From Candidatus Marinacidobacterales bacterium (GTDB lineage Bacteria > Acidobacteriota > Vicinamibacteria > Marinacidobacterales > DATDRI01), in assembly GCA_965226495.1 (NCBI GenBank), contig OZ245365.1:1504001-1568000 (forward strand): a stretch of DNA of 64,000 nucleotides, in the 5' to 3' direction. Below are positions 9,234-17,654 of this stretch, piece by piece (within the stretch, counting starts at the first letter, position 1; each line of letters begins with the position of its first letter). A program made the position numbers and the translations under genes. A model generated the notes under the pieces. That model was not told the DNA's origin and ran no database searches. It worked only from the letters and a program-made list of their open reading frames with translations.

Positions 9234-9262
9234 TTGACATTCGGCAAACTACTCGATATATT
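9234..9262 (+). promoter_or_regulatory. sigma70-type promoter for the OPX gene
   Basis: TTGACA-17 nt-TATATT. Confidence 0.7.
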
Positions 9263-9304
9263 GGGTTAACTGTTTTCACCGAATCCAAAATCTAACGAGG
9301 CGTC

Positions 9305-10822
9305 ATGAAAAAAGGCGGTAGTTTTTCTACGGCCAGCCGTGTGGGCTTCGCGTTCGCGCTTTGGACCTTGCCGTTCCACGGTGTTGGCGCGCTGGCCGGC
9401 CCCGAAAAAGAGATCAAGTTGGGACCGGCGGAGCACCTCCTCGGGTTGAAGCTAGAGCGTAGCGAGGAAGGCATAGTCGCCATCGTCGAGGCCGATGGGG
9501 CGATGGAGCATCGCGTTTATGTTCAGGACGAGCCCCTGAGGTTGGTGCTGGACATCCTGAACGTCACGAATCCGCTCCAGATTGAAGAGCTGCAGGAGTC
9601 CAATCCGTTATTGGAGCGTGTTTCCTCGCAAGAGTTACCCATGAGCGCCTACGTTCGGGGCGAGTACGAGAAGACATTTGGCCGAATTACGTTTGATCTA
9701 AAAGCCGCTGTTGAGTACCGGATCCTCACCGAGGAGCGGCAACTGACTGTCGATCTCATTCGCAAAACGTTTGACGAGGACGAACCCTCGGCGGTGTCCG
9801 ACGCGGCGGAGACCTCGGACGACTCGAACACCGACAGTCTGGCGACGAACGACCAAATCACCAATGGGCCGACTGGCAATGACCTCGACACCGATTTAAC
9901 GACTGTCATCGACGAGGTTGCGGAGGCCGACGATGCCGCCGAGGAAGACGAGGTTGCCGATGTCGCCGAGCCCGCTGAGGAAGACGCGGCAGTCAATCCA
10001 AACATCGAACCCCCGGATATCGACCCGGCGCTGTTTTTCAATCAAGGTGGCGCTTCGTCAGACGGGTACCGTCTCGGTCCCGAGGACGTCATAGAGGTCC
10101 GGGTATTCGAGTTGGATCAACTCAATCGAACCCTGCGCGTATCGGGTGATGGCAATATGGAGCTTCCTTTGATTGGCTCGTTTCAGGTAAATGGATTGAC
10201 TCCGGACGATGTTGCGAGCCGGGTTGCGGATCGACTTCGGAACCGATTTGTTCAGAATCCCCAAGTGAGCGTTTTCGTCAAGGAGTTTCATTCTCAGAAC
10301 GTATCGCTGCTCGGAGCGATCAAGAACCCGGCTACCTATCCCCTGGTGGGTCGTCGAAACATACTGCAGATTCTGGCAGACGCGGGCGGCTTGAGCGGCG
10401 ACGCGGGCAAAGTACTGTTCGTGTTTCGCCAAGCGGACGACGGGCGAAGCGCTCGCCTTTCCGTCCCGTTGCACGATCTTTTGATCCTTGGCGACCCGCA
10501 GTGGAACATTTGGCTGCGGCCGGGAGACATTGTCAGCGTTCCGCCCGAGGCGGCGCTCAGTGTTTCCGTACTCGGTGCGGTACGAAGCCCCGGTGTCTAC
10601 AAGTTGCCGATGGGGGACGGTGCATCCATTCTGAATGCGATCGCACGTGCGGGCGGTCTCGACGATCGAGCCTCGAAAGGAGGCATTCATATCAAACGGC
10701 GGGACCCATCCGGAGAGGAAACGATTTTGAAAGTAGATCTCGGGGATGTTCTTTCCGGCAAGGATCCGGATGTGGTCCTTCAAGAGGGGGATGTCGTCGT
10801 GGTCAAGGAAAGCTTCTTCTAG
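9305..10822 (+). CDS. polysaccharide export (OPX/Wza-like) protein: AMIN-like domain, acidic linker, Poly_export and SLBB domains
   Basis: PLRLVLDI (AMIN-like); YRLGPEDVIEVRVF..V...G...LPLIG...V.GLT; V.G.V.SPG.Y; ends VVVVKESFF. Confidence 0.9.
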   Translation: MKKGGSFSTASRVGFAFALWTLPFHGVGALAGPEKEIKLGPAEHLLGLKLERSEEGIVAIVEADGAMEHRVYVQDEPLRLVLDILNVTNPLQIEELQESNPLLERVSSQELPMSAYVRGEYEKTFGRITFDLKAAVEYRILTEERQLTVDLIRKTFDEDEPSAVSDAAETSDDSNTDSLATNDQITNGPTGNDLDTDLTTVIDEVAEADDAAEEDEVADVAEPAEEDAAVNPNIEPPDIDPALFFNQGGASSDGYRLGPEDVIEVRVFELDQLNRTLRVSGDGNMELPLIGSFQVNGLTPDDVASRVADRLRNRFVQNPQVSVFVKEFHSQNVSLLGAIKNPATYPLVGRRNILQILADAGGLSGDAGKVLFVFRQADDGRSARLSVPLHDLLILGDPQWNIWLRPGDIVSVPPEAALSVSVLGAVRSPGVYKLPMGDGASILNAIARAGGLDDRASKGGIHIKRRDPSGEETILKVDLGDVLSGKDPDVVLQEGDVVVVKESFF

Positions 10823-10871
10823 CCACTCACCCCGAGGCGGGTCATTGCCTCGACTTCTCCTAGTCTTCCTC

Positions 10872-12152
10872 TTACTCTGGTGGGCTGGCTTCGTCGCCGC
10901 CGGTGGTGGTCACGACCACGGCTCCGCCAGTCGCGACAGCTGCCCCCGACACGACGATGACCAACCCGGTCGTCAGGCCAGCACCCGCTGCCGCGCCACC
11001 CCCTACCGCAGCAGCGGTGACCGCGGTGGTGACACCGGCCGCGCTGATAAAGCTGGTAATGCCGAGTGCTTGAAAGCCGGGTGGAACGGCTCCGGCACCT
11101 GCGGAAGTTGCACCGACCGCAATCTCTGGGGTGCCGTCGTAATAGGCGGCGGGATCGCGCTCGCAGGCGTCGTCGTTGATCGGCGGATCGTGTTCCGCGG
11201 TTTGGGCCGTGTTGTACAACCGGTCGACGGCTTCGACGTAGTAAATGATACGCTCGGTCTCTGGGCTCGGCTTTGGGAGAATCGCTCGGAAATCGTCAGG
11301 CGTCTCCAATCCCAAACCGGCCGCCTCGACGTAATAGAAGTCGGGGTACTTATCGGATCGGAAGTAGACTCGAGAGACTTCCACGTTGGCTCCGGGAATG
11401 ATTTTCGAATCAACCAGCGGGAACTGATCGTGGTTGAGACACTCGAGCTCCGAATGGTGGATGGTGGGTCCGTTCGGGTTGGCCTCCACCATGTCGGGCA
11501 TATGAGGCTCTCCCGCATCCGGCGAAGTCGGACCGAGCGCATCGTTTGTCGTCTGGGGGTCTAGCTCCGGCTGCTGTTCGGTCCCCTCGACTCCTTCTGC
11601 TTCCTCTCCCGTAGACGGAGTGTCCGGTTCGTTCGTTTGAGGTGACTCTGGAAACGGAGAGAGAGGCTTGCCGATCGGTGATTGTTGGGTTAGGAAGCGA
11701 TGCGGCCCGATAGTGACGACCTGGGCTTGTGCGAGCAGCTCGGAGCTACAATTGCCGAGTATCACCGACGCGGTCTTGGCGCTTTTATCGAGACGAAAAC
11801 AACTCTCCAAAAGGAAAGTCATTCCGGCTCGCGCATCCAAACGCTCGGTCACTGGGTACTCTACGCCTTGATGCAGGAGCGTGAAGCCGTAAATGGCGGC
11901 GGGGGCATCCGATACGAAGAAGCTACCATGACCGTCGGTAATCGAGCCGCGCAGCGATTGGTTGTTGGTTATGGCGTGTGCTTGAACTGTGACGTTTGAG
12001 AGAGGTGTCCGGCTATCGGTGTCGAAGACCTTGCCCGTTATGGACCCCATGATCGGTGCGCTCTGTGACAGGGCAGGCACAGGAATTCCGATCGCCAACA
12101 GGGAAGCTGCGCAAATGAGCGCGACAGCGACACGCAATGGGCTCGTGGTCAT
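10872..12152 (-). CDS. secreted protein with a carboxypeptidase-regulatory-like domain and a Gly/Ala-rich hydrophobic C-terminus
   Basis: Signal peptide, GSITGKV.D...PL....V, TD..G.F; later RVYF...YYVE..ILPKP..I.YYVEA; the C-terminal segment resembles a glycine zipper. Confidence 0.7.
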   Translation of the reverse strand: MTTSPLRVAVALICAASLLAIGIPVPALSQSAPIMGSITGKVFDTDSRTPLSNVTVQAHAITNNQSLRGSITDGHGSFFVSDAPAAIYGFTLLHQGVEYPVTERLDARAGMTFLLESCFRLDKSAKTASVILGNCSSELLAQAQVVTIGPHRFLTQQSPIGKPLSPFPESPQTNEPDTPSTGEEAEGVEGTEQQPELDPQTTNDALGPTSPDAGEPHMPDMVEANPNGPTIHHSELECLNHDQFPLVDSKIIPGANVEVSRVYFRSDKYPDFYYVEAAGLGLETPDDFRAILPKPSPETERIIYYVEAVDRLYNTAQTAEHDPPINDDACERDPAAYYDGTPEIAVGATSAGAGAVPPGFQALGITSFISAAGVTTAVTAAAVGGGAAAGAGLTTGLVIVVSGAAVATGGAVVVTTTGGDEASPPE

Positions 12153-12156
12153 CTAA

Positions 12157-12240
12157 CCCTCACCCGGCGTCTGGCGTCGTCGATAGCAGCACGGCATTGC
12201 CTGACGCCCCCTCTCCCACAGGGAGAGGGAATAAAGGAAG
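12157..12240. repeat. long member of the REP-like family
   Basis: CCCTCACCCGGCGTCTGGC...GACGCC-CCCTCTCCCACAGGGAGAGGG-AATAAAGGAA. Confidence 0.75.
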
Positions 12241-12439
12241 AAAACCAGCATCGTTTCCCCTCCTGAACGACTCGACCACACCCATGGATTCGCGCCTCCA
12301 GCCTTTCGGCCAGTCCTCGCAAGAACGATTAACAGTTGTTAGAGCGGAAGTCTTTAGTTGTACGTATTTTAACTCCCCAACCCGGTCCGAGTCAAAGCCA
12401 GTGTCTAGGGCGAAGAAACCCTCGGAGGTGGCTAAACTG

Positions 12440-12886
12440 TTATGCAAGCGCTGAGCCCGGCGTGGCGTAGGCCACCTCCTCTTCATTCTTACAGGCGGTG
12501 GACTCGCTGTTAGCCATCTGCACTTTCCCTTGGAAGAAAGCGCCATCCGCAATGGACACCACTCTCGCTTGGATATCGCCCCGGACCCGACCCGTTGAGT
12601 AGATCTCGACTTTCTCCGTCGCCGTAACCTCACCCTCGATCTCGCCTTCGACTACGATGTCCCTGGCGGTTATGTTCCCAATGAGTCGGCCCGATTCCCG
12701 GATCGCGAGGACACCGTCTACATCGAGGCTCCCCTCTATCGTTCCTCGAAGCTCGACGTTGGACCTGGCCTTGAACTCACCCTTTATTTGAACCCCGGCG
12801 GCAATCACCGTGTTCTCGTTTCTACGGGTGGGTTCAGAAACCCTTCGTGAGGCTGGGGAGGGCTCAGGACCCTTCTTCTGAAGCAT
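12440..12886 (-). CDS. bactofilin (polymer-forming cytoskeletal protein)
   Basis: TVIAAGVQIKGE...G.IEG.....L.I..SG...G.I.A..IVVEG.IEG.V.A..KVEI..TGRV.GDI.A....IADGAFFQG. Confidence 0.93.
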   Translation of the reverse strand: MLQKKGPEPSPASRRVSEPTRRNENTVIAAGVQIKGEFKARSNVELRGTIEGSLDVDGVLAIRESGRLIGNITARDIVVEGEIEGEVTATEKVEIYSTGRVRGDIQARVVSIADGAFFQGKVQMANSESTACKNEEEVAYATPGSALA

Positions 12887-12930
12887 AGTGGTCTCCCTGG
12901 ACCTGGTTACAGGCCACCGCTTCGAGGGGA

Positions 12931-12947
12931 AGCAATCTCTGTACCAA
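12931..12947 (-). promoter_or_regulatory. sigma54 (-24/-12) promoter of bactofilin
   Basis: Minus strand TTGGTACAGAGATTGCT has GG-10 nt-GC spacing and matches TGGCAC-N5-TTGCW; direct repeat GCTAACTTTG x2 further upstream (13109-13128). Confidence 0.7.
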
Positions 12948-13188
12948 CGGTTGGCGGGTTGACGGCCTCCCGGCGTGGGGGGAAGTGATTGACCGGAAAC
13001 GGAGTTGGCGCCCCAAGGCCCGTACGGCCGAGTCGGCAGTGGCAGGCAGTGTGGCAGTTTACCTACATGGCGGCGGGCAATGTCCCAATAGTTTGTCTGG
13101 GCGCCTTAGCTAACTTTGGCTAACTTTGACAAAGTGGCAACTAGCCATTTTGAAACCCGCGGTTAGCAGTGATTGCTACACGTTCCCG

Positions 13189-14709
13189 TTATCCTGCTCC
13201 TCGTACTTTCTCGTGATAGGAAAGTGCGAGTACCGAGCAGGCAGCGCGATTAATGATGTGCATCCCGGTGTCAGGATTGAAGAAAGATGAACGACGGTGC
13301 GCGCGGCGAAACGCGATCAGCAAGTCTCCCTCGCCCGCCAACGCGGTGATCTCGGTCACCGGGTTTCCTTCCCGGTGAATCTGCTCGATTTTCATATGGT
13401 ACAGGGACGCCATGTCCATGACCGTCTTGAGAGCCCGTTTCTGTTCCTCAACCGCTTCGTGTCCGGTGATGAAGCTCGGTGGGGTGACGAGCACCGCGGT
13501 AATTTGAAGATCGAGCTGACGAGAGAGATCGATGGCTAGCTCTGCGGCCAAAAGCGAGCCCTCCGAATCACTGACTGGGAGGAGAATTCGTCTATAGGGG
13601 TGAGTCCCGGCCGCAAGGAGGGTCGGGCAGGGCATCAATTCCATCAGTTTGGTGAACGACGGTCGCAGGAATCCGTGTCGACTCAACCAACCGGCTTTCT
13701 TCTTGCGGATGACCAAGCATCCGCAATCGAGTGATGGAAGGTCACGTCGGATCGCCGCTTCGGCACCTTCGATCTCTGAGAAGGTCGCGACCTCGACTCG
13801 GATCCGATCCATGCTCATATCCGGGCCAGGCGCACTCTGGGGAAGCAGAAGGCGCAGAGCTCGAGTGCGAGTACGAGTGACAAAGTACTCCAGTTCGCTT
13901 CGGTACCTCTCTGGCAGTCGATCTCCGCCCACCGCCACCACTCGAATACCATATTGCGACGGGAATCGCGCGACGCCGGCCCGAAGATAGTCGCCGATAT
14001 GGGGGAGGATGTCTGGATCCCCGGTCAGTAACAAGCGGTCCCCGTTTCGGATCACGACATTGCCGTGAGGAACCATGAACTTGTCACCTCGGTAGATCGC
14101 GGCCACTAACCACCGGCCCGCTCGTAGGTCGGCGACCCGCACATCGACCGCAGGGGACGTGGGTAAGATCGGAATCTCCATGATTTCCCCGCGCCCGAGC
14201 CCCACGTTGATCGCTACTTGTTGTCCTCGTTCGATTTGGTTGAACACCAGGCCTGCTATTGCGGCCGGCCGCGTAAGAGCGACTGCTCCCACCGCCTTCA
14301 GCTTTTCTATCGCCTTGGGTTGACGCAGGATCCCGATGGCGGTTGGCGGTGTCTCGACTGAGAGAGCGACACGACACGCCTCGATGTTCACTTCGTCTAC
14401 ATCCGTAAGGGCGGCCACGAACTCCGCTCCTTCCACGCCGGCTTCGCGCAGGTTAATGAGGCTGGTCCCGTCTTTGTTGTAGATTTTTAGCGGGCGATCT
14501 GGAACCTCTTTGCTGAGCGTATCCAGTTTCTCTTGATCCGTGTCCAGGACCGCGATCTCCCAGGCGGCAGACAAGAGACGGACTAGAGCCCTGCCGGTTT
14601 GCCCAGCGCCCACGATAACGATGCGTCGACGGGGGACGGATTCCCGGTCATCCGCGAGCTGCTGGGACTCGACGTCCTGGGCGGTTGTCTTGATTCGCTT
14701 TTCTACCAT
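13189..14709 (-). CDS. TrkA-N/TrkA-C (RCK) domains fused to a universal stress protein domain
   Basis: IVGAGQTG, DGT....LREAGV, P.G...I..GD.L.L.G, then RILLPVSDSEGS..A...A and HREGNPV..I. Confidence 0.85.
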   Translation of the reverse strand: MVEKRIKTTAQDVESQQLADDRESVPRRRIVIVGAGQTGRALVRLLSAAWEIAVLDTDQEKLDTLSKEVPDRPLKIYNKDGTSLINLREAGVEGAEFVAALTDVDEVNIEACRVALSVETPPTAIGILRQPKAIEKLKAVGAVALTRPAAIAGLVFNQIERGQQVAINVGLGRGEIMEIPILPTSPAVDVRVADLRAGRWLVAAIYRGDKFMVPHGNVVIRNGDRLLLTGDPDILPHIGDYLRAGVARFPSQYGIRVVAVGGDRLPERYRSELEYFVTRTRTRALRLLLPQSAPGPDMSMDRIRVEVATFSEIEGAEAAIRRDLPSLDCGCLVIRKKKAGWLSRHGFLRPSFTKLMELMPCPTLLAAGTHPYRRILLPVSDSEGSLLAAELAIDLSRQLDLQITAVLVTPPSFITGHEAVEEQKRALKTVMDMASLYHMKIEQIHREGNPVTEITALAGEGDLLIAFRRAHRRSSFFNPDTGMHIINRAACSVLALSYHEKVRGAG

Positions 14710-14711
14710 TC

Positions 14712-15647
14712 CTATCGGCGCGTCGGTCGCTTCTTCCGGGAACCTGAACTTTGACTCTTCCTGGCTCGTGGACGCTCGGCCCACCGCAGCTTGTTGCGGA
14801 GCACCTTGAAGTAATCCTGCTCCGGAAGATTCACCAGTTTTACGGAATTACGACTCTTGCGAACCCTTACCGTATCACCGATCTCCATCGGTTCGGCGGC
14901 CTGGCCGTCGAAGGTGGCGTAAACCTCATCGGATTCGCCCCTTAGAGTTAACTCCGCGATCGAGCGATCGGAAATGACGACCGGCCGATACGTCAGAGTA
15001 TGGGGACAAATTGGAGTGAGGAGCATCGAGCCGAGGCCCGGATGGAGAATGGGGCCTCCGGCGGCAAGCGAGTAGGCTGTGGAACCGGTTGGGGTGGAGA
15101 CGATGATTCCGTCGGCTCGAACCAGAGCAACCGAGTGGTCGTCGATTTGAACGCTCACTTCGATGATTCGAGCGATAGCGCCCTTGGTGATCACGACGTC
15201 GTTCAGAACCGTCTGGCGAGTAATCTCCTTCCCGTTTCGGCTGAGTACCGCATCCAGCATCATCCGCGATTGGATTGAGTAATTGCCCGCTAGGATCGAC
15301 TCCAATGCCGGGTAGAGCTGGGGCAAGGCGACATCGGTGAGGAATCCGAGGCTTCCTAAGTTGACGCCCAGGATCGGAATCTGTCGGGCTCCCATCGCTC
15401 GGACTGCCGACAGGAGAGTCCCATCGCCACCCAAAACGATCATGAGCTCGACATCGCGCGGCGGTTTGGTTAGCGCGAAGCTAGGACACTGTCCGTCGAA
15501 GAGTTCGCCGATCCTCGTCTCCACACACGGTTCCACCCGATGGCTCCTGAGCCAATCGACTAGACCGCGAACGACTGAAGAGGCTTCGTCGATATGAGGT
15601 TTGGCAATGATCGCCGCCTTGCGTACTTTCGCTCGTGTTGTTGTCAC
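14712..15647 (-). CDS. nadK: NAD(+) kinase
   Basis: GGDGTLL, GVNLGSLGFLT, LNDVV and DGIIVSTPTGSTAYSLAAGG. Confidence 0.97.
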   Translation of the reverse strand: MTTTRAKVRKAAIIAKPHIDEASSVVRGLVDWLRSHRVEPCVETRIGELFDGQCPSFALTKPPRDVELMIVLGGDGTLLSAVRAMGARQIPILGVNLGSLGFLTDVALPQLYPALESILAGNYSIQSRMMLDAVLSRNGKEITRQTVLNDVVITKGAIARIIEVSVQIDDHSVALVRADGIIVSTPTGSTAYSLAAGGPILHPGLGSMLLTPICPHTLTYRPVVISDRSIAELTLRGESDEVYATFDGQAAEPMEIGDTVRVRKSRNSVKLVNLPEQDYFKVLRNKLRWAERPRARKSQSSGSRKKRPTRR

Positions 15648-15653
15648 GTTGGT

Positions 15654-16451
15654 CTACTCCGGCTCGCAGGCTTTTTTCGCCCGATGTTGTAGCTCTTCGA
15701 AACTCGCATCGCTTGTCGGTCCGAGTCGCAGCGAGAGAAAAAACTCGCGATTACCTTCAACACCCCGAAGGCGAGAGGCGGCCAAGTCCTCGACTGCCAG
15801 CCCACAGCGTCGCGCCGCCTCGATGACCTGGGTGATGGCGCGAAGATGTTTGTCTGGGTCTCGCACGACACCGCCAGACTCCACGTCTTCCCTCGTGAGC
15901 TCGAACTGCGGCTTGACCAAAGCAAGTATCCGCTTGTTCTCATGTACCAGCTTTCTCACGGCGGGAAGGATCTTGGCGAGTGATATGAACGCGACATCGA
16001 CGGTTATGAGATCGAAACGGTCGGGAAAATCCCTTGGTTCGATGTTACGGGCGTTGACGCCTTCCATCAGCCTGACTCGGGAATCGGTACGTAGCTTCCA
16101 GTCGAGCTGGGCCTTGCCGACGTCCAACGCGGTGACGTGGGCGGCACCTTGTTGAAGGAGACAGTCGGTGAAACCCCCGGTGGAGGCGCCAACGTCGAGA
16201 GCGCGCAGGCCGGATACGTCCAACCTCAGGTCGGTGAGGGCTCCCGCCAGTTTTTCACCTCCTCGGCCCACGTAGGGCGAGGGCGGGTGGCGGAGTCGCA
16301 TGGTCGCGTCTCGCTCGACTAGCGTCCCGGGTTTGGCCACCGGAGAGTCGTTTACCAAGACCTCTCCAGCCAGAACTAGCCTCCTTGCCTTTTCCCGTGT
16401 GGGAGCTAGTCCCTGTTCGACGACTAGCCTGTCGATTCGTAGTTTTGGCAT
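15654..16451 (-). CDS. tlyA: TlyA family rRNA methyltransferase
   Basis: S4 domain, YVGRGGEKL, DVGASTGGFTDCLLQ, LVKPQFE and GNREF. Confidence 0.96.
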   Translation of the reverse strand: MPKLRIDRLVVEQGLAPTREKARRLVLAGEVLVNDSPVAKPGTLVERDATMRLRHPPSPYVGRGGEKLAGALTDLRLDVSGLRALDVGASTGGFTDCLLQQGAAHVTALDVGKAQLDWKLRTDSRVRLMEGVNARNIEPRDFPDRFDLITVDVAFISLAKILPAVRKLVHENKRILALVKPQFELTREDVESGGVVRDPDKHLRAITQVIEAARRCGLAVEDLAASRLRGVEGNREFFLSLRLGPTSDASFEELQHRAKKACEPE

Positions 16452-16479
16452 AAATTAGTGCGCGAGATGTTGCAACATG

Positions 16480-17385
16480 CTACGAGCTGCGATCGACGAT
16501 GCGCCGGGCCAAGCAGACGAGGGGTTCACCCGCCGGACCGAATGGAGCTACCAGGTCGCTCGCTTGCTGCGCCAACGCCCTCGCGCGGGAACGAGCATTT
16601 TCGATCCCGTGCACGCCCGGATAGGTTGCCTTGCCGGCCTTCAGATCCTTTCCTGCCGACTTGCCCAGTGTCGCCGCGTCCCCTTCGACGTCCAAAAGGT
16701 CATCCACGATTTGAAAGGCGAGCCCGACTTCTCGACCGAAGCGGCCCAGCGTCTCGATCTGGTCGTCCTCTCCGCCGCCCATGACCGCACCGAGCCGAGC
16801 CGCAACCTCCATGAGAGCGCCCGTCTTTTTTTGGTGGATCTGGTCGAGGGTCTCTTCATCGACTCCTTGGCCTTCAGATTCTAGGTCTATCACCTGCCCG
16901 CCGATCATTCCATTCATTCCGGCAGCCTCGGCAAGAAGCGAGACGGCCTGCAACCGCCTCTCTCCTTCAGACGTTCCCGGAGTACCGTTGGTGCTGGCAG
17001 CCGTAGCCAATACGTGAAAGGCGTGGGTTAGCAACGCATCGCCAGCGAGGATGGCGATCGCTTCTCCGAAAACGACGTGTGATGTCGGCTTCCCACGTCG
17101 AAGGTCGTCATTGTCCATCGCGGGCAGGTCATCATGGATGAGTGAGTATGTGTGGATCATCTCGAGCGCCGCCGCGGCGGGAAGCGCATCCTCTCCGCGA
17201 CCACCGACCGCTTCGGCGGAGGCCAGTGCCAAGACCGGGCGCAGGCGTTTCCCGCCCGCGAACAGGCTGTAGCGGATAGCGCGGTGGATACTGGGTGGAA
17301 AGGCGTCCTCGGTCGGTAAGTTACGATCGAGAAACGATTCGACCTCTCTCGCCCGCTCCGCCAGATACCGATCGAAGTCGAGCAC
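16480..17385 (-). CDS. ispA: farnesyl diphosphate synthase / polyprenyl synthetase
   Basis: GGKRLRP, HTYSLIHDDLPAMDNDDLRRG and FQIVDDLLD; follows xseB. Confidence 0.95.
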   Translation of the reverse strand: MLDFDRYLAERAREVESFLDRNLPTEDAFPPSIHRAIRYSLFAGGKRLRPVLALASAEAVGGRGEDALPAAAALEMIHTYSLIHDDLPAMDNDDLRRGKPTSHVVFGEAIAILAGDALLTHAFHVLATAASTNGTPGTSEGERRLQAVSLLAEAAGMNGMIGGQVIDLESEGQGVDEETLDQIHQKKTGALMEVAARLGAVMGGGEDDQIETLGRFGREVGLAFQIVDDLLDVEGDAATLGKSAGKDLKAGKATYPGVHGIENARSRARALAQQASDLVAPFGPAGEPLVCLARRIVDRSS

Positions 17386-17390
17386 GTTGG

Positions 17391-17654
17391 CTACTCTTTG
17401 TCGTCGAATTCGAGCGGCGTTTGTCGAATGTTTCCTTCCGCGTCTTGGACGGGCTCGCCGCTTTCGTTTTTCTGCAGCATCTCTATCCGTGCTTCGGCTT
17501 CGTTCAGCTTCGCGTTGCAGAAGCGTGCCAAACGCACGCCCTGCTCGTATCGCTCCAAGGACTTCTCGAGGCTGAGCTCGCCTTCCTCCAGGTCCTTGAC
17601 GATCTCTTCGAGCTTCTTGAGGGCGGTCTCGAAATCTTTAGGTTTCACTGTCAT
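17391..17654 (-). CDS. xseB: exodeoxyribonuclease VII small subunit
   Basis: FETALKKLEEIV..LE.GELSLE.SL..YE.G; ATGA overlap with the xseA stop. Confidence 0.96.
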   Translation of the reverse strand: MTVKPKDFETALKKLEEIVKDLEEGELSLEKSLERYEQGVRLARFCNAKLNEAEARIEMLQKNESGEPVQDAEGNIRQTPLEFDDKE

